This document shows, piece by piece, positions 13,396 to 29,601 of a stretch of DNA of 64,000 nt. The notes below the pieces were generated by a model. That model had not been told where the DNA came from. It was given only the letters and a program-made list of their open reading frames with translations, and ran no database searches. The DNA comes from Octopus vulgaris (Eukaryota): contig OX597814.1 of assembly GCA_951406725.2 (NCBI GenBank), positions 197,284,001 through 197,348,000 of the forward strand, written 5' to 3'. The stretch's first letter is position 1; each line of letters opens with the position of its first letter. Both the position numbers and the translations under genes were made by a program.

Positions 13396-14949
13396 TATAT
13401 AAATTCAGGGTGAATACTTGATATATATATATATATATATATATATATCATCGTCATTAGAGATAAATGCTGTTATTTTAAAAGGTTAATTCAAGTGTAT
13501 AACTTAGGAAATATGTATAAGCGTACAAGGACAGAAGCTACGTGGAAAACCATATTGATAACTTGAATTGTTGAAACAATTTTCACTTTCAAAGAGGCTG
13601 TACATATGGTATACATGAAATTTATGGTTGGTTCAAATTTGTATATGTTTATCGAACACATCACCATGGTGAAAAAGTTTAAAATGGACATTTAAAAATA
13701 CAAATTTTATTTACGTGACTTATAATTTTATCTTATAAAAATTCCGAAATCTTATCCCATTGTTTCTAAGTTCCTGAATATCACAAGAGGGATCGGAAAA
13801 GTGTGTATTATTCCATTTATGATTTCTTCTCAGTCTGATTATTTGTCCATAGTAGTGAAAATACAGTCCATAGTTTTATAAGAAAACGCAATTTCAAATA
13901 TTTTGCCATGATTTTCGTAGTTTAAAAGTAGTGCATTTTAGGTCCATATTCTATTTCGTTGCTGTTAATGCAATTTACTTTTACATTTGTTTTTCACGTA
14001 ACAGTTAACGTTTTATAATTTCATTTCAAATGAACTCAAACATTATAACGAAGTAGTTCTTAAACAAATATCTCCATTCCTTTGTTAGTCGACTTCAGCA
14101 AGCATTTTTATTTCAAAAGCTGATTTCTTTTTTTTTTTTTTTTTCTTTTTGTACCAACCGCTTTAATACTGATTCTTAAAATGCCTTCAAAAATAATTAC
14201 AGAAAATTGAAATTTGATTTTGCAAATATTTCCATTTCTTTTATAATTTTCCGTTTATTGAAGAAATGGTTTTCGTCTTAACAAAATGTCATCTAACCAC
14301 GGGCATTTACGTCACGTCACCTTAGGAGGGTTTGTCATAAAAGCTACAGGAAGCATGATTGAACCGTCACTGCAATAACTAAAGCAATAAGTACGTTATC
14401 AATAGAACGATAACAACGAAGAAATTCATATTAAAACTACGGCTGCTTTTATTCGTTTATAATTTAAATGTTTTTCTAAACAACTTTTTATTGAATTCAA
14501 ACTTGCTTCTTCAGAAGGTTTTTTTGCTTTTTTTTCTTCCTTGTTTTCTTGTTTATTGGGCATTGAATTTTAGTAATACTAGCTTGGAGCAGAGCATGGC
14601 AGAAACCATAAAATACAGTTTCGAAATATTTTGGCATATTTCCTAGTTTCTCTTTTCAGTCTGAATTTACACGTCACAACAATTTATTTTTATTTCCTTC
14701 CAGAGATGTCGAAAAATATAATAAAATAAAACAAATATCTGTGCTACAGTACGTCAAGTAAATTTCAAATTGATTTCTCTTTATAGATGAGCTGCATTTA
14801 GTCAAAGCTACAAATTAGTCTGGCTATAGAGCAATACGCCAAGCGATAAGCCAGCTGCATTTTGAATGAACTAAAGATTACACCGTCGTGGCTTCATTCT
14901 GTCAGGTTCGATAAAATAAAGTACCAATCACCTTCTAATTTCGAATGTG

Positions 14950-15247
14950 TGGAGGCACATGGCCTAGTGGTTAGAGCAGCGGACTCGCGGTCGAGGGATC
15001 GCGGGTTCGAAGATCAGACCGGACGATATGTGTGTTTATGAGCGAAACGCCTAAGCTCCACGCGGCTCCCGCAGAAGGTAATGGCGAACGTCTACTGACT
15101 CTTTCGCCACAACTTTCTCTCGCTCTTTCCTCCTGCATCATGCAGCTCACCTGCGACGGACCGGCGTCCCGTCCAGGTGGGGAACCTCTACGTCAAGGAA
15201 ACTGGGAAACCGTACATATGAGCCAGGCGTGGCTCGAGAAGGAACAA
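14950..15247 (+). mobile_element. tRNA-derived SINE, family C (tail type 1)
   Basis: GGAGGCACATGGCCTAGTGGTTAGAGCAGCGGACTCGCGG...GGTTCGA; tail GGGAAACCG..CATGAGCC shared with the 42041 copy. Confidence 0.8.
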
Positions 15248-15669
15248 ATGATTGTCGAGGGTATCGATTAACCTTTTCCACTAACATCGAGTCTTATACA
15301 TATACTAAAAACAATGTTTACTTATATGAGGGCGAATTGCCAAACTAATTAAAGTACTGAACAGAATGTATTGTAGTATATTCCCAAATCTCCCCGTAGG
15401 CAAATCTGTGCTTCTTCCTTTTGAGATCGATACAAAAATATTATCAATCCACAACGGTGACATGGTGGAGCTGCTAGACTGACGAGCTGTTGACCCGTTA
15501 TAACAGGGCTGTCACAACTACATAGGTCTATGTGTGCGGCCTATTCCTTGTACAAGTTTCGGCGTCGTTGAAAAGATATTTGTATGCATGGGCATCTGCC
15601 AGTCCTGTTCAGTCCCGCATACACATGTGCATATGTTTGGGTATGAGAGATAGATGTATTGTATGTGTG

Positions 15670-15925
15670 TGTCCTGGTGGTTAGGGTGTCGCATTCACGG
15701 TCGCTGGATCGTGCGCTCGATTCCCAAACCGGACGGCGCGTTGTATTCTTGAGCAAAACACATCATCTCACGTTGCTCTCCATTCCTCCTTTCGATCACT
15801 GGGGAATGTTGGCCTGCTCACCTAGTCAGCGGGTGGCGTCATTCGATGGCTAAAACGATGCAAAACACATTGCAACTAGTAATGTGTAGTAACAGCTGAT
15901 AGTCTGGTCGGTCACGTGATCAAGT
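15670..15925 (+). mobile_element. Degenerate tRNA-derived SINE (tail type 2)
   Basis: Tail GGCCTGCTC...GGTGGCGTCATT...CTGATAG..TGGTCGGTCACG shared with 52298-52602. Confidence 0.7.
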
Positions 15926-16056
15926 GATTTATGTATATATATATATAATCAAAGTAAGCAACAAGAATATCTTCGGTAATTTGGTACGATCGTTTCACGC
16001 TACATCATTTTATTAAACATTGTAAGTACTACATCGGTTTAAAATGTTGATTTGAA

Positions 16057-16117
<61 letters not shown>

Positions 16118-17399
16118 ATGTATACAAATTTTTGCAACTTGCTTGGGGCCTTTTGGCTTATAGTGGTTTAGTTGTAAATATTATACTACGCATTGATATT
16201 TTATGACGGTCCTTTATAAGAGTAATACTTGTTTAAAGCTTTCTAGTTTATGGATGTTATGTTATATATATATATGCTATATATGCACATACGGTTGTGT
16301 GTGTTTGTATGTGTGTGTGTGAATGTAATCACAAAATATGTATGAAATAGTATGTGATATTGGTATCGAGCAAGAGTCAAATGCAGGTCTCCTAATTGCA
16401 GCAAGGCGTCAACTTGGGCATGTTGATCTAACGATAATGTTTCTGACGGATCACTTTACCTTCGTACTCTGTATAATGCAATGTTGTGATGTTGGATAAT
16501 ATCCAGTAAGTTAGCAATGGAGAGAATAATTCAGCATATCTCTTGATCATAGGGGAGTGAGTGTGTTGTATTTGTTTCTTCGTGATTGATATCCTAGAAA
16601 ATATTTTCATCTGAATCAAATTTTATCACATCACGCTAAGTTTCTAAAGATTTGTTTGCTGAACAAGAATATTTTCATTGATCTCTTAATGGTCATTTCA
16701 CTTTGAACACTTGTTTAATGAGGTGTTTCGTTAGATTCTTTTCATGTTTTTGCCATTCTGACGTTTAATTTCGCATCGTGTTGTCAGAACTTTTGTTAGT
16801 TTATCAACCAAATGCCGGAATGTACTAGCTTCAGTTTAGTTTAAATCTTAAAAGTGACGTTTGTAGAGGCGAGCTGTTTCCTATTTTTCCATCAACGAAA
16901 GCTTTATGTATCTACAACATGAAGTTAACTTTTTCCGTATTTCTTTTAGAGAACGATGAAAGTGAATGCAAACTTATAATATCGAGATAATTTTTGTAGA
17001 AGAAATTATATTAGCAATATAGTTGATTCAATATAATACAGCTCTAGTGCTGTTTTATTCCCACTGGAAAGATCGAAAGAAATTACGAGCGTACAATATG
17101 GACTCATGCATGTGCATGTGGTTAAGAATATCGTTTTTCAATCAGCTAGTTTCGGGTTCGAATCCAATATGATTTCATTGGGCAAGTCACTATTATTATA
17201 ACACCATTTAACCAATAGTAGTACAACACGAGACGGCACCTAGGTTTTATAAATGTTGTATTCGCTCAAAGTCTAAAAAGATGTCAGTCAGGATGCAGGT
17301 CTTTTATCAGAAAAATAAAATCAAATGAGGAAAGGTACGGGAGAAAATATCAGAAAAGGCAGTTTAAATACATACATATATGTATGTGTATACAATGTA

Positions 17400-19647
<2,248 letters not shown>

Positions 19648-20698
19648 TTCATAGTGGCCCTTTCAGACATGCCTTCAGTTGCTACGATGACCACCCTTGC
19701 TAGCTATGCAGATGACACAAAAGTCTCCCACGCAATACAAAACCCTGAAAATATTGCGCATCTGCAACATGAGCTGGACACAATATACAGGTGGGCTGAG
19801 GACAACAACATGCAGTTTAATGCAGGTAAGTTCCAGGCCCTGCGCTACTGGCACACAAAGGTAAATGACGTGAAGACTGGATACACTGGCCCAGGAAGAA
19901 TTGCAATCCCTGAGTCAAAATCAGTGCGTGACCTGGGCATTGACATGAGCAATGATGCATCTTTCCAAATGCATATTGCTAATCTGGTGATAAAATGCAG
20001 ACGGCTAGCTGGATGGATTCTCCGAACTTTCAGAACAAGAGAGAAGGAGACACTGATGGTCCTATGGAAAACATTTGTCCTCAGCCGCTTGGACTACTGC
20101 TCCCAACTTTGGTCACCACACAATATAAAACAAACAGCAGAACTCGAAGCAACTCAGAGAAGCTACACAAAGAAAATCGTCTCAATGCAAAATGTCAGCT
20201 ACTGGGAAAGACTGAAGGTATTAAACCTCTTCTCCCTGGAGCGGAGGCGGGAGAGATATGCAGTGATATACATCTGGAAAATCCTGGAGGGTCTTGTCCC
20301 AAACTTTGGCATTCAAAGTTACTCCAACCGCAGAACGGGGCGCCGCTGCGTGGTGCCAAGGATTCCAACATCACCATCAAAATACAGGTCCAGATACTGC
20401 AACAGCTTGGGTTTCAGAGGACCACAGCTCTTTAACATCCTCCCTAAATGCCTGAGAGACTTACATGGTGTGGATGTGGGTTTCTTTAAAACTAAACTGG
20501 ATCTCTTCTTGTTGGGAGTCCCAGATGAACCTACCTCACGACAGGAGACACGGATGCGGGCAGCAGCATCGAACTCCCTTGTTGATCAAGTGCCACGTAT
20601 CAGAGGTGGATTCACAAACTAGTGTAGCTCATTCAGCGGTGGTGCCCCAGCATGGCCGCGGCCTTCGGGCTAAAACATTTTTAAGGATTTAAGGATTT
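19648..20698 (+). mobile_element. 5'-truncated CR1/L2-group LINE: RT C-terminal part of ORF2, short 3' UTR and (TAAGGATT)n tail
   Basis: Open frame to 20622 with FIVALSDMP, the catalytic [48 protein letters not shown] and LFNILP...FKTKLD, all typical of CR1-clade ORF2. Confidence 0.92.
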
Positions 20699-20853
20699 AT
20701 ATATATATATTTATATGTACATATATATAAATGTATATATATAATTATGCATGTAAATATATATATATATACAAATATATAAGTATATATATATAATGTC
20801 TATATAAATATATATCTGTACATACATATAAGTATATATGTACATGTGTATAC

Positions 20854-20898
<45 letters not shown>

Positions 20899-20952
20899 GA
20901 GAGATATATATGTAGAGAGATAGAGAGAGAGATGTACATTTGTATGTATGTA

Positions 20953-20992
<40 letters not shown>

Positions 20993-21629
20993 AATACATA
21001 TATATCAGTTAATTGCCAAAGTTATATTTGTTGTTATAACATCAGGATCAATATTAAAGTTTAAGATATTACCCTAAAGCAAACAGATACGTGTGCGTTT
21101 TAGAAAATGTTTAAACATGGCATATGTTCGTTGTGGTTGTATTCCTTTTAGCATTTATACACTTAATATTTTTTGCTTTTTGTTTTCCCCTTTTGGCTAT
21201 CGCTGGAATTATCTGACTCTAAGTCATGCTGTATAACGCGAGAAGGTTAACTATGACATTTAACATTTATCATCGCCCACTAAGAGTAAATATTAGTTGA
21301 TATATCAACCGGAAGCCTACTGAATTGCTGCGTTTACGTATAGAAGATAATCTAGTAGGTAATGAATGACTGAACAATAACAACAACAACCACAATAATA
21401 ATAGTAATAATAATAATAATAATAACAATCAGCAGGAAATTTTGTATAGTTTGAAACATCATCTTCTGGAGTGGCCTTTCATTGAATTGAAGAGGTAAAC
21501 TGGTGTATGGATAAATGCATATTTATTTCATAACATGATTTTTTTCTGTCTATATGCAAATGTACGTTTATCTATCCATCAGGTACTGTCCCTGTAATCT
21601 ACTAATCACATATAAAAGTGTATGCGTAC

Positions 21630-21859
21630 GTACGTGTATATATATGTGCATATATATATATATGTATATTATATGCATATATATGTATATATATGTGCAT
21701 ATATATGTATATATATGTGCATATATATGTATATATATGTGCATATATATGTATATATATATGTGCATATATATGTATATATATGTGCATATATGTGTAT
21801 ATATATGCATATATGTATATATATATATATATGCATATATATGTGTGCATATATATGTA

Positions 21860-21890
<31 letters not shown>

Positions 21891-21921
21891 GCATATATAT
21901 GTACATATATATATATGCATA

Positions 21922-21971
<50 letters not shown>

Positions 21972-22081
21972 TATATATGTACATATATATATATGCATAT
22001 ATATATATATATATATATATGCATATATATGTACATATATATATATGCATATATATGTACATATATATATATGCATATATA

Positions 22082-22122
<41 letters not shown>
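21630..22122. repeat. (TA)n-derived satellite with TGCA/GTAC interruptions
   Basis: Directly visible. Confidence 0.9.
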
Positions 22123-22125
<3 letters not shown>

Positions 22126-22645
22126 TGTGTCTGTATGCATCCTGATTGATATTACTAAGTGCGGATACCAATATCTATATACATACAGATATGTGTGTGT
22201 TTGCGCGCGTGTGTATGCATCCTGACTGATGTTAATATGTGCGGATGCAAATATATATTTGCAGATTGATGCGTGTCTCAGCAACTGAAGTGATGTATAT
22301 TTGCGTAGCTTCGTTTCGAGTACATTTCAGGAGATAAATCATTTCTTAGTGTATAAAGGACAACAATGCATTACAATTCCTATTCCCAGAAGCACAGGTG
22401 TCTAAGAGAATTGAGTAGGCAGTGTAGAAACGAATGCTATTTCAACCAAATCGTATACATACGCTATTTCCCCGTTTACGTTATCCGTCTCAAGTAGTTT
22501 ACTGCTTTTCTGCTTTTCTAACCTGTCAAGGATCTTTCTACTAATGAATATCTATTATATGTAACTTATCAGAAATATTTCAGGTAGCAGACCTTTGCAG
22601 ATTCTATGTTTCTAAGCTTTGTGAAAAAAAATAGTCATGGTAATG

Positions 22646-22677
<32 letters not shown>

Positions 22678-22915
22678 CTCGAGTAATTTAAAACATGTAA
22701 CAAAATCCGACTTATGCAGAATGGAAATGATATCAGGAATTGAGGGGGTTGAGTTGGAGTTTTTCGAGTCTAACAGCTGTTTGTTGGGGCTTGGTGGTCC
22801 AAAATAATGATTACAGCTTGATTGCATCGTCGGATGCCACCTGCGCCCGTCTTCAAGGAAGAATTTTACATTTGAGGTGTTGACAGAATGGAGTTTAAAG
22901 ATTGAATGATTGTCC

Positions 22916-23001
<86 letters not shown>

Positions 23002-23075
23002 GCATGTATGGATGGATGTATTTATGTATGTATGTATATAAATATGTATGCATGTATATATGCATATAATACTAC

Positions 23076-23285
23076 TCGGCTTTCTCCGTCCGGGTTGCGG
23101 ATCCGTCGAATAAGCTGCCGGACGAGATAGTGAAGATGCCGACGACCGCTCGGTTCAAAGTCTCTCTTGACCAGAAATGGCCTGAACTCTTTGTATGACC
23201 ACCCTCCTGTACATAACTCCCTGTCCCCCTACATGGTATTGCTTTTGATTTTTGAGCCAATTAAAATTGAATTGAATTGGATTAA
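23076..23285 (+). mobile_element. 3'-terminal stub of a second CR1-type LINE family
   Basis: Frame from 23079 reads AFSVRVADPSNKLPDEIVKMPTTARFKVSLDQKWPELFV* (stop 23196-23198), matching the CR1 C-terminal F-S-x-R-V...(W)N-x-L-P...FK..LD motif. A short UTR and (AATTG)n tail follow. Confidence 0.8.
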
Positions 23286-25103
23286 ATGCATGTATATAGG
23301 TATATAAAGAGAGAGAGAGAGAGAGCAAAGTAATATTAATACGAAAAAGAAGAAGAATGGTTTCAAATTTTACTACGGGAGTACCACCTTTGGGGAAGAG
23401 GCTAAGTTGATTAAATCGACCTTAGTGCTCAACTGATACTTGAGGATGAAAGGCAAAATCGACTTGGCCAGAATTTGAACTCAGAACGGAAAGATGAAAT
23501 GCCACTTAGCACTTTGCCCGGCGTGCTAATGAACCTAATAATGCGTGTGGAGTTAAATAATCAATAATAAACATTCTGACACAGGGGAACATGTAGAATA
23601 ACGAGAATAGACACATAATGGACGTGCGCTAGCTCCATCAGTTTTCAGCTCGTCCGCGTCCACTATATATGTGCTTTGCAGTTGCTTTGTACATTCCCCT
23701 GTGCCAGATCTTTTTTTTATTACGTGTGTGTGTGTGTGTGTGTGTGTGTACATGCATGAATAGAATTGTGCGTGGGTGGTCTGTGTATAATAAGAGTACA
23801 CAATGAGGCATGTCGAATGGACTCTGCTCTGCTCTATTTTTTGCCTGCTGTTATTATCTCCCAATGGAGTGGTGCTTAAATGATGCCGGCGAAAGAATAT
23901 TTTAGAGTTGGAAAAATTTTATTTTAAGACACGGCTTCAAACACACTCCTCTTCTTATATGTAACCTTTGTGTTGTCATATTTTCCCATTCCCTTACATG
24001 TTACGTGGGTGCGATAGCACATATCAGCGTATACGGGTTGAGGCCTTATTAGATAGATATTTCATTTAACCGAAAAAATATTAATCGATTGCATTTGACT
24101 AAGAGCTTTCTTCAGGCAACCCAGCCTCATATAGTATAAACAGAAGCAATGTAAATTTAGCGAGAAGTTACGCCGTTCTCTATATGACAATTAATAAATA
24201 TGTGGCGGCGGACTTTGACTGTGCTTTCGCTACTGCCACTATACCTTTTTTCATCGAATTCGTGTCTAAACCATCTGTTCTATTCACCAGCTTGTTTTCG
24301 TGGTTAATGATATACAGTGGCGGGATCGTTTTAGAAACTGCATCCATGTTGGAATAACTGTGCATTGATTCTGGATATCTTATTGTGGTTGAGTGTTTGT
24401 GATCCTAAGTAGTCTAAACAGCCTTGCCTAACAATGACAGAATTCCTGCAACAATCTCATCCATTTATAAGACACGCACTGTTACGCACCCAGATCCTCA
24501 GGATTACATGCTCATGATAAACTTATGTTCCGTCCATTAAACGAGATTCAGTCCAGTATAATTCTATTGACACACGATTCACTGACATGCACAACAGTGT
24601 GGGAGAAAGGACTTTCTAACGCGGTGATTGAATCAACGAGCTTTAAATATTTGTCCTAACAACTACAAACCGCTTTTAATAAACATCACTACTCAAAATA
24701 ATGCCTCTGCACCACGGAATCTTCGACGCTTTACCATTCAGTCAACAGTTCATTAGTCATCACTTATATTTTATCTTAGTCATTTCACACTATCAATTTC
24801 ATTCGATCTCGTTTTATTTGGTTATTTATCCTTTCCCCACTTTAATTCACCCTTTTTTTTATTCCTATACACACCTATGAATATACAAACGTGAACGAAC
24901 TCATAACGTTTCATTTACAGGTCTAATATGAGACTGAACTATCCACGTCTTTGTTCTATTAACAGCCCCTATTCCATTTAATTATTTTACGTTTTGAAGT
25001 CTGTATGAGAATGTAGATGAATGGGGTTGTATAGGAATGGGTGCAGCCAGACTTTAAAATGCTACAGACAGTGCAACTCCAAGTTTAATTGATTTGAAAC
25101 ATA

Positions 25104-25510
25104 GGCGCAGGAGTGGCTGTGTGGTAAGTAGCTTACTAACCAACCACATGGTTCCGGGTTCAGTCCCACTGCGTGGCATCTTGGGCAAGTGTCTTCTGCT
25201 ATAGCCCCGGGCCGACCAATGCCTTGTGAGTGGATTTTGTAGACGGAAACTGAAAGAAGCCTGTCGTATATATGTATATATATATATGTGTGTGTTTGTG
25301 TGTCTGTGTTTGTCCCCCTAGCATCGCTTGACAACCGATGCTGGTGTGTTTACGTCCCCGTCACTTAGCGGTTCGGCAAAAAAGAGACCGATAGAATAAG
25401 TACTGGGCTTACAAAGAATAAGTCCCGGGGTCGAGTTGCTCGATTAAAGGCGGTGCTCCAGCATGGCCGCAGTCAAATGACTGAAACAAGTAAAAGAGAG
25501 AAAAAGAGAG
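25104..25510 (+). mobile_element. Full-length family A SINE
   Basis: GGCGCAGGAGTGGCTGTGTGGTAAG (box A), GGTTCAGTCCC (box B), CTTGGGCAAGTG, internal TA/TG tract, tail GGTGCTCCAGCATGGCCGCAGTCAAATGACTGAAACAAGTAAAAGAG. Confidence 0.92.
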
Positions 25511-25834
25511 ATACTTACGCGCATACACAAATACGCGTGGCAAAATTAACGCACAGTTCTATACCTCATGCAATCAAACACATGTGTACTCGCATACATA
25601 TGATAGATTAGATTTAAGATAAATTTTTTTTTACCTGAGATATGAACCCAGCCCTGGAGTAGGCTACATATATTAGCTAAGCATGTCAAATGACTAGACT
25701 GTTTTTTTTTTCTCATCCAGACACGAGCAGATTTCAAATATAGATAGCAGAGAAACTAGCAACAGAATCGGAAGAAACGAAAGTAAAATACTGTAAATCA
25801 AATTTAACTTGCGTTTTCAATCACACACACAAAC

Positions 25835-25884
<50 letters not shown>

Positions 25885-25984
25885 CCAAGTAAGAGAGTAC
25901 AAATTTCAAAGTTCAGTGTTCATATTCAATGTATTTCAAAGTATAGGAATACTTCACAGCATATATATATGTATGTAATAACAA

Positions 25985-26235
25985 ATTAGAAAATAAAACA
26001 TATGCATATATACATACATATATGTACGTACCTACATCTACATGTATATATACATGCATTTATGGCTACAGGACACCAAAAAAACGTCGAACACTATGAG
26101 AAACGAAAACATAAACACAAAACCAAGGAACTGGACATTTTTCTTAAACAACGAAAAAATAGAGTACAGGACAAATAACACAAGGAAAATTCCCCTTCTT
26201 CAGTCGCCATGGTTTCATCTACTCTGCGTTTCGAG
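25985..26235. repeat. Unclassified ~250-bp interspersed repeat (second copy 63020-63268)
   Basis: Both copies share TACAGGACACCAAAA..ACGTCGAACAC..TGAGAAACGAAAACAT...CCCCTTCTTCAGTCGC.ATGGTTTCATCTACTCT.CGTTTCGA. Confidence 0.85.
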
Positions 26236-27139
26236 AGTATGTATGTATGTCATTATTCAGATTTTTTCAAGATGTCTTAACATCTTGAAAGAGCTGGTTT
26301 CTAACCTACATCCAAAGCTCCTTCATTGGAATTTCAACGACATCAACAGGGTAACATTGTATGCATGTATGCGTGCAGGTTTGTATGTTTTCTTTTACGT
26401 ATGCATGCATACATGCATGCATGTATGTATAGCCTTCATCAGTTCTAGACAATATCATTTCTAAAGTCTACGTGTAGATTTCCCTCTGCTTCAAACATAC
26501 TTTGCTTAACTCACCATAAAGTATATTTTAATTAACGTAGCGTATAACTAGAACAAGCATCTCCTAGAAGTGACAGCCAGGTATTCCTCAAATAACATTT
26601 AACCTCACAGCTTCAGACACTGCGGACGCATTAAATGATGTTGGCCTACAGACATTGTTTGGCACAATGCATAATGGTCACTAACAGAACGTCTTTGATC
26701 ATATCATATTTCTGCTCAATGAAGAGAAGGGTTGCAGCAACATACCACCAAACTCATTACAGATGCGTCTCTTGTCTGATATGAGTTTTGTGAAATATGA
26801 CTTCAATCAATAAAATCAATAGCTCTGATACATTTGTACTTCGCATCTGTAAATAAAAATCGTACTGTCACTATTTCCATGTATCAATATGTTTAAATAC
26901 TGTTAATTTACAAATTTATGAGGCTCCTGGTTGTATCTCTAACGATGTCCAATCGTTTGAATATATTTGGCTTGCAATAAAATGTTATTCACTAAAAGTT
27001 GAAGGCTGGGAGAAAATGATTTTCATAAAAGTTTGCCGCAAATGCTCAGACATCAAAGAGCACGGCATCATCTCTCTTCATTCATACGTTACTTTCCGAA
27101 ACTGCAGTTAACAAAACTTCCAGAGAAAGCCATTATATA

Positions 27140-27173
<34 letters not shown>

Positions 27174-27285
27174 CCCATATATTTCAGTGCATATAAATAT
27201 ATGTATGTGTGTGTATATATATTATATATATATATATATATCTCTTTCCATATATTTCAATGCATATAAATATATGTATATGTGA

Positions 27286-27337
<52 letters not shown>

Positions 27338-27461
27338 GTAAAAATACATGTATATATATATACACACATAAGTATACAAGTATATATATATATATATGAA
27401 TATACATGTATATATTATATATGTGTATATATATGTATATAAAACGGATGTGAAACAAATG

Positions 27462-27503
<42 letters not shown>

Positions 27504-28281
27504 ATATATGTGCATATGCATTCAACCTACATGTAAACTTGTGCGTGAATGTATGTATATATATATATCCGACATAAATAGAATCTAAAACCGTTCAAAG
27601 AACCGTTCTCGTTCCCATGTTGCAGCTTAGGGTTAAAATTGGAATTGCTCGCAATGCATTAGTAATAATCTTGAAAAGACTATGAACATCACGATTTCAT
27701 TTTCTAAAAGACATCTAACAATATCTTATAGTATTATCGTTTATACAATCCAATCATGTTTTAAAGGGGTTATGGATGTTGTTGACGATCTGTAGAGTAA
27801 GAACAAATTTTCGACTGAACCTAGCAATCAATGTGATCTAGGTTCTTTGATGAACCAATTTCCGTCGACTTATGTTCTTAATCTTCCACTTTCTTGTGAA
27901 TATATTTCTCCTTTCTAAATTCTTACGAATCTGTGCCTAGTTATAACGAATCAATATTACCAAACCTTCGTTCAGTTTTACTGATATTTATTTGTTTATA
28001 AGTATAAGTGTCTATGAGCAAAGAATTAAGCATTTCATTTCTAGCACAATAAGTAATTTCGAAGGATGTATTAAACATTCTCCTTTTCTTCTTTAACAGA
28101 AATTATATATATATGTGTGTGTGTGTGTATGTAGGTATGTATGTATATGGATATATACCTATGTATATGTATAGATATTTGTATATGTATATATAAATAT
28201 ATGTATATATATATATATATATATATAGGTGAGAAAGTTGGTGTGGGAAAGCACGTGGTTGAATATATAGAAAATAGTAAC

Positions 28282-28478
28282 AAGTGAAAAAAACTACAGA
28301 AGGCTTGTTTTAAAAGGTTAAAAAATATATATTTGAGTCATTATGTCTGAAGAATGTTATAAATTTTTTTCAAAAACTATGTCATTGTATGAAAAAATTT
28401 AGAACATTCTTCAGACATAATGACTCAAATATATATTTTTTAACCTTTTAAAACAAGCCTTCTGTAGTTTTTTCACTT
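28282..28478. repeat. Long near-perfect inverted repeat (~90-bp arms, ~20-nt spacer)
   Basis: AGTGAAAAAAACTACAGAAGGCTTG...GTCTGAAGAATGTT is mirrored by AACATTCTTCAGAC...CAAGCCTTCTGTAGTTTTTTCACT. Confidence 0.95.
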
Positions 28479-28723
28479 TTATACTATTTTATATATATAT
28501 ATATATATATATATGTCTATATATATATATAGAGAGAGGGCATTATTACACATAAATGCCACACGCTAGGAGGGACTCTTAAAGTCAAAACTACTACAAT
28601 AAATAAACATATCGCACCGAATTCGGTGCGTGGATGCGAGTTGGGGTTTTGTATATGAGTATCTTTCTGTATATGGCGGTGACTGCACACACACACACAT
28701 ACGCACATACATATATATTAATA

Positions 28724-28956
28724 TATATATACCAATTAAGGACTGAACACGACGTGGACAGTCAACATGCTAGATATAGACGTCAAATCGCCATTCTCCA
28801 CAAAGATTATGTTCTCAAATCAAACTCAGCACAAAATAGGTTCATGTACTGAGTTTGATTTGAGAACATAATCTTTGTGGAGAATGGCGATTTGACGTCT
28901 ATATCTAGCATGTTGACTGTCCACTTTTCGTGTTCAGTCCTTAATTGGTATATATA
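28724..28956. repeat. Long near-perfect inverted repeat (~105-bp arms, 19-nt spacer)
   Basis: TACCAATTAAGGACTGAACACG...TCAAACTCAG / CTGAGTTTGA...CGTGTTCAGTCCTTAATTGGTA, with one small indel. Confidence 0.95.
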
Positions 28957-29047
28957 AATATTTTAATCTTCGGATTCTTTTTTAATATGATAGACCACTG
29001 GTTTTAATTGATAAATATCAATTTCTACCCTTAATTAATTTTATATA

Positions 29048-29093
<46 letters not shown>

Positions 29094-29552
29094 CATATAC
29101 TTATATATGTATATAAGCATACATTCCTTTATGAATATGTGTGTGTGTGTGAGGGGGAGAGAGAGAGAGAGAGAGAGAGAGAGCAAACTATTTCGGCTAG
29201 AAAATCCAAATTAAAGGAAAATGTGACTTGTATGTTTCATAATCACTTCATAAATTTTTGTCAAAGATGTTAGGTGACTTTAGTGAAACTGTCCTTAGAA
29301 GGCCTCGCGAGCGAATATTGATTTGTGCTTAGCGAGGATTTAGTTTCACTTTGGACGAGATACTCACTCGATGGCCAATGTTATTGCCAAGATTATGAAC
29401 ACGATATAGAATCTGTTCATAAGTGATTCTTTTTTATCGCTGTCAGACTTGTTATCAAGTGAATTTATAATAAATTATTGTTTTTTTCGCGTTGATCGTT
29501 CCTTGCCATTGTAAGAACGCCATAGACAAATAAATATTAAAAAATAGTAGTC

Positions 29553-29553
29553 A

Positions 29554-29601
<48 letters not shown>

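Noticed and set aside
14950-15025. tRNA-like sequences at SINE heads as tRNA genes
   Set aside because: They lack a proper acceptor stem and continue into SINE bodies.
24180-24365. 61-aa ORF in moderately GC-rich unique sequence
   Set aside because: No motif and no convincing splice sites.
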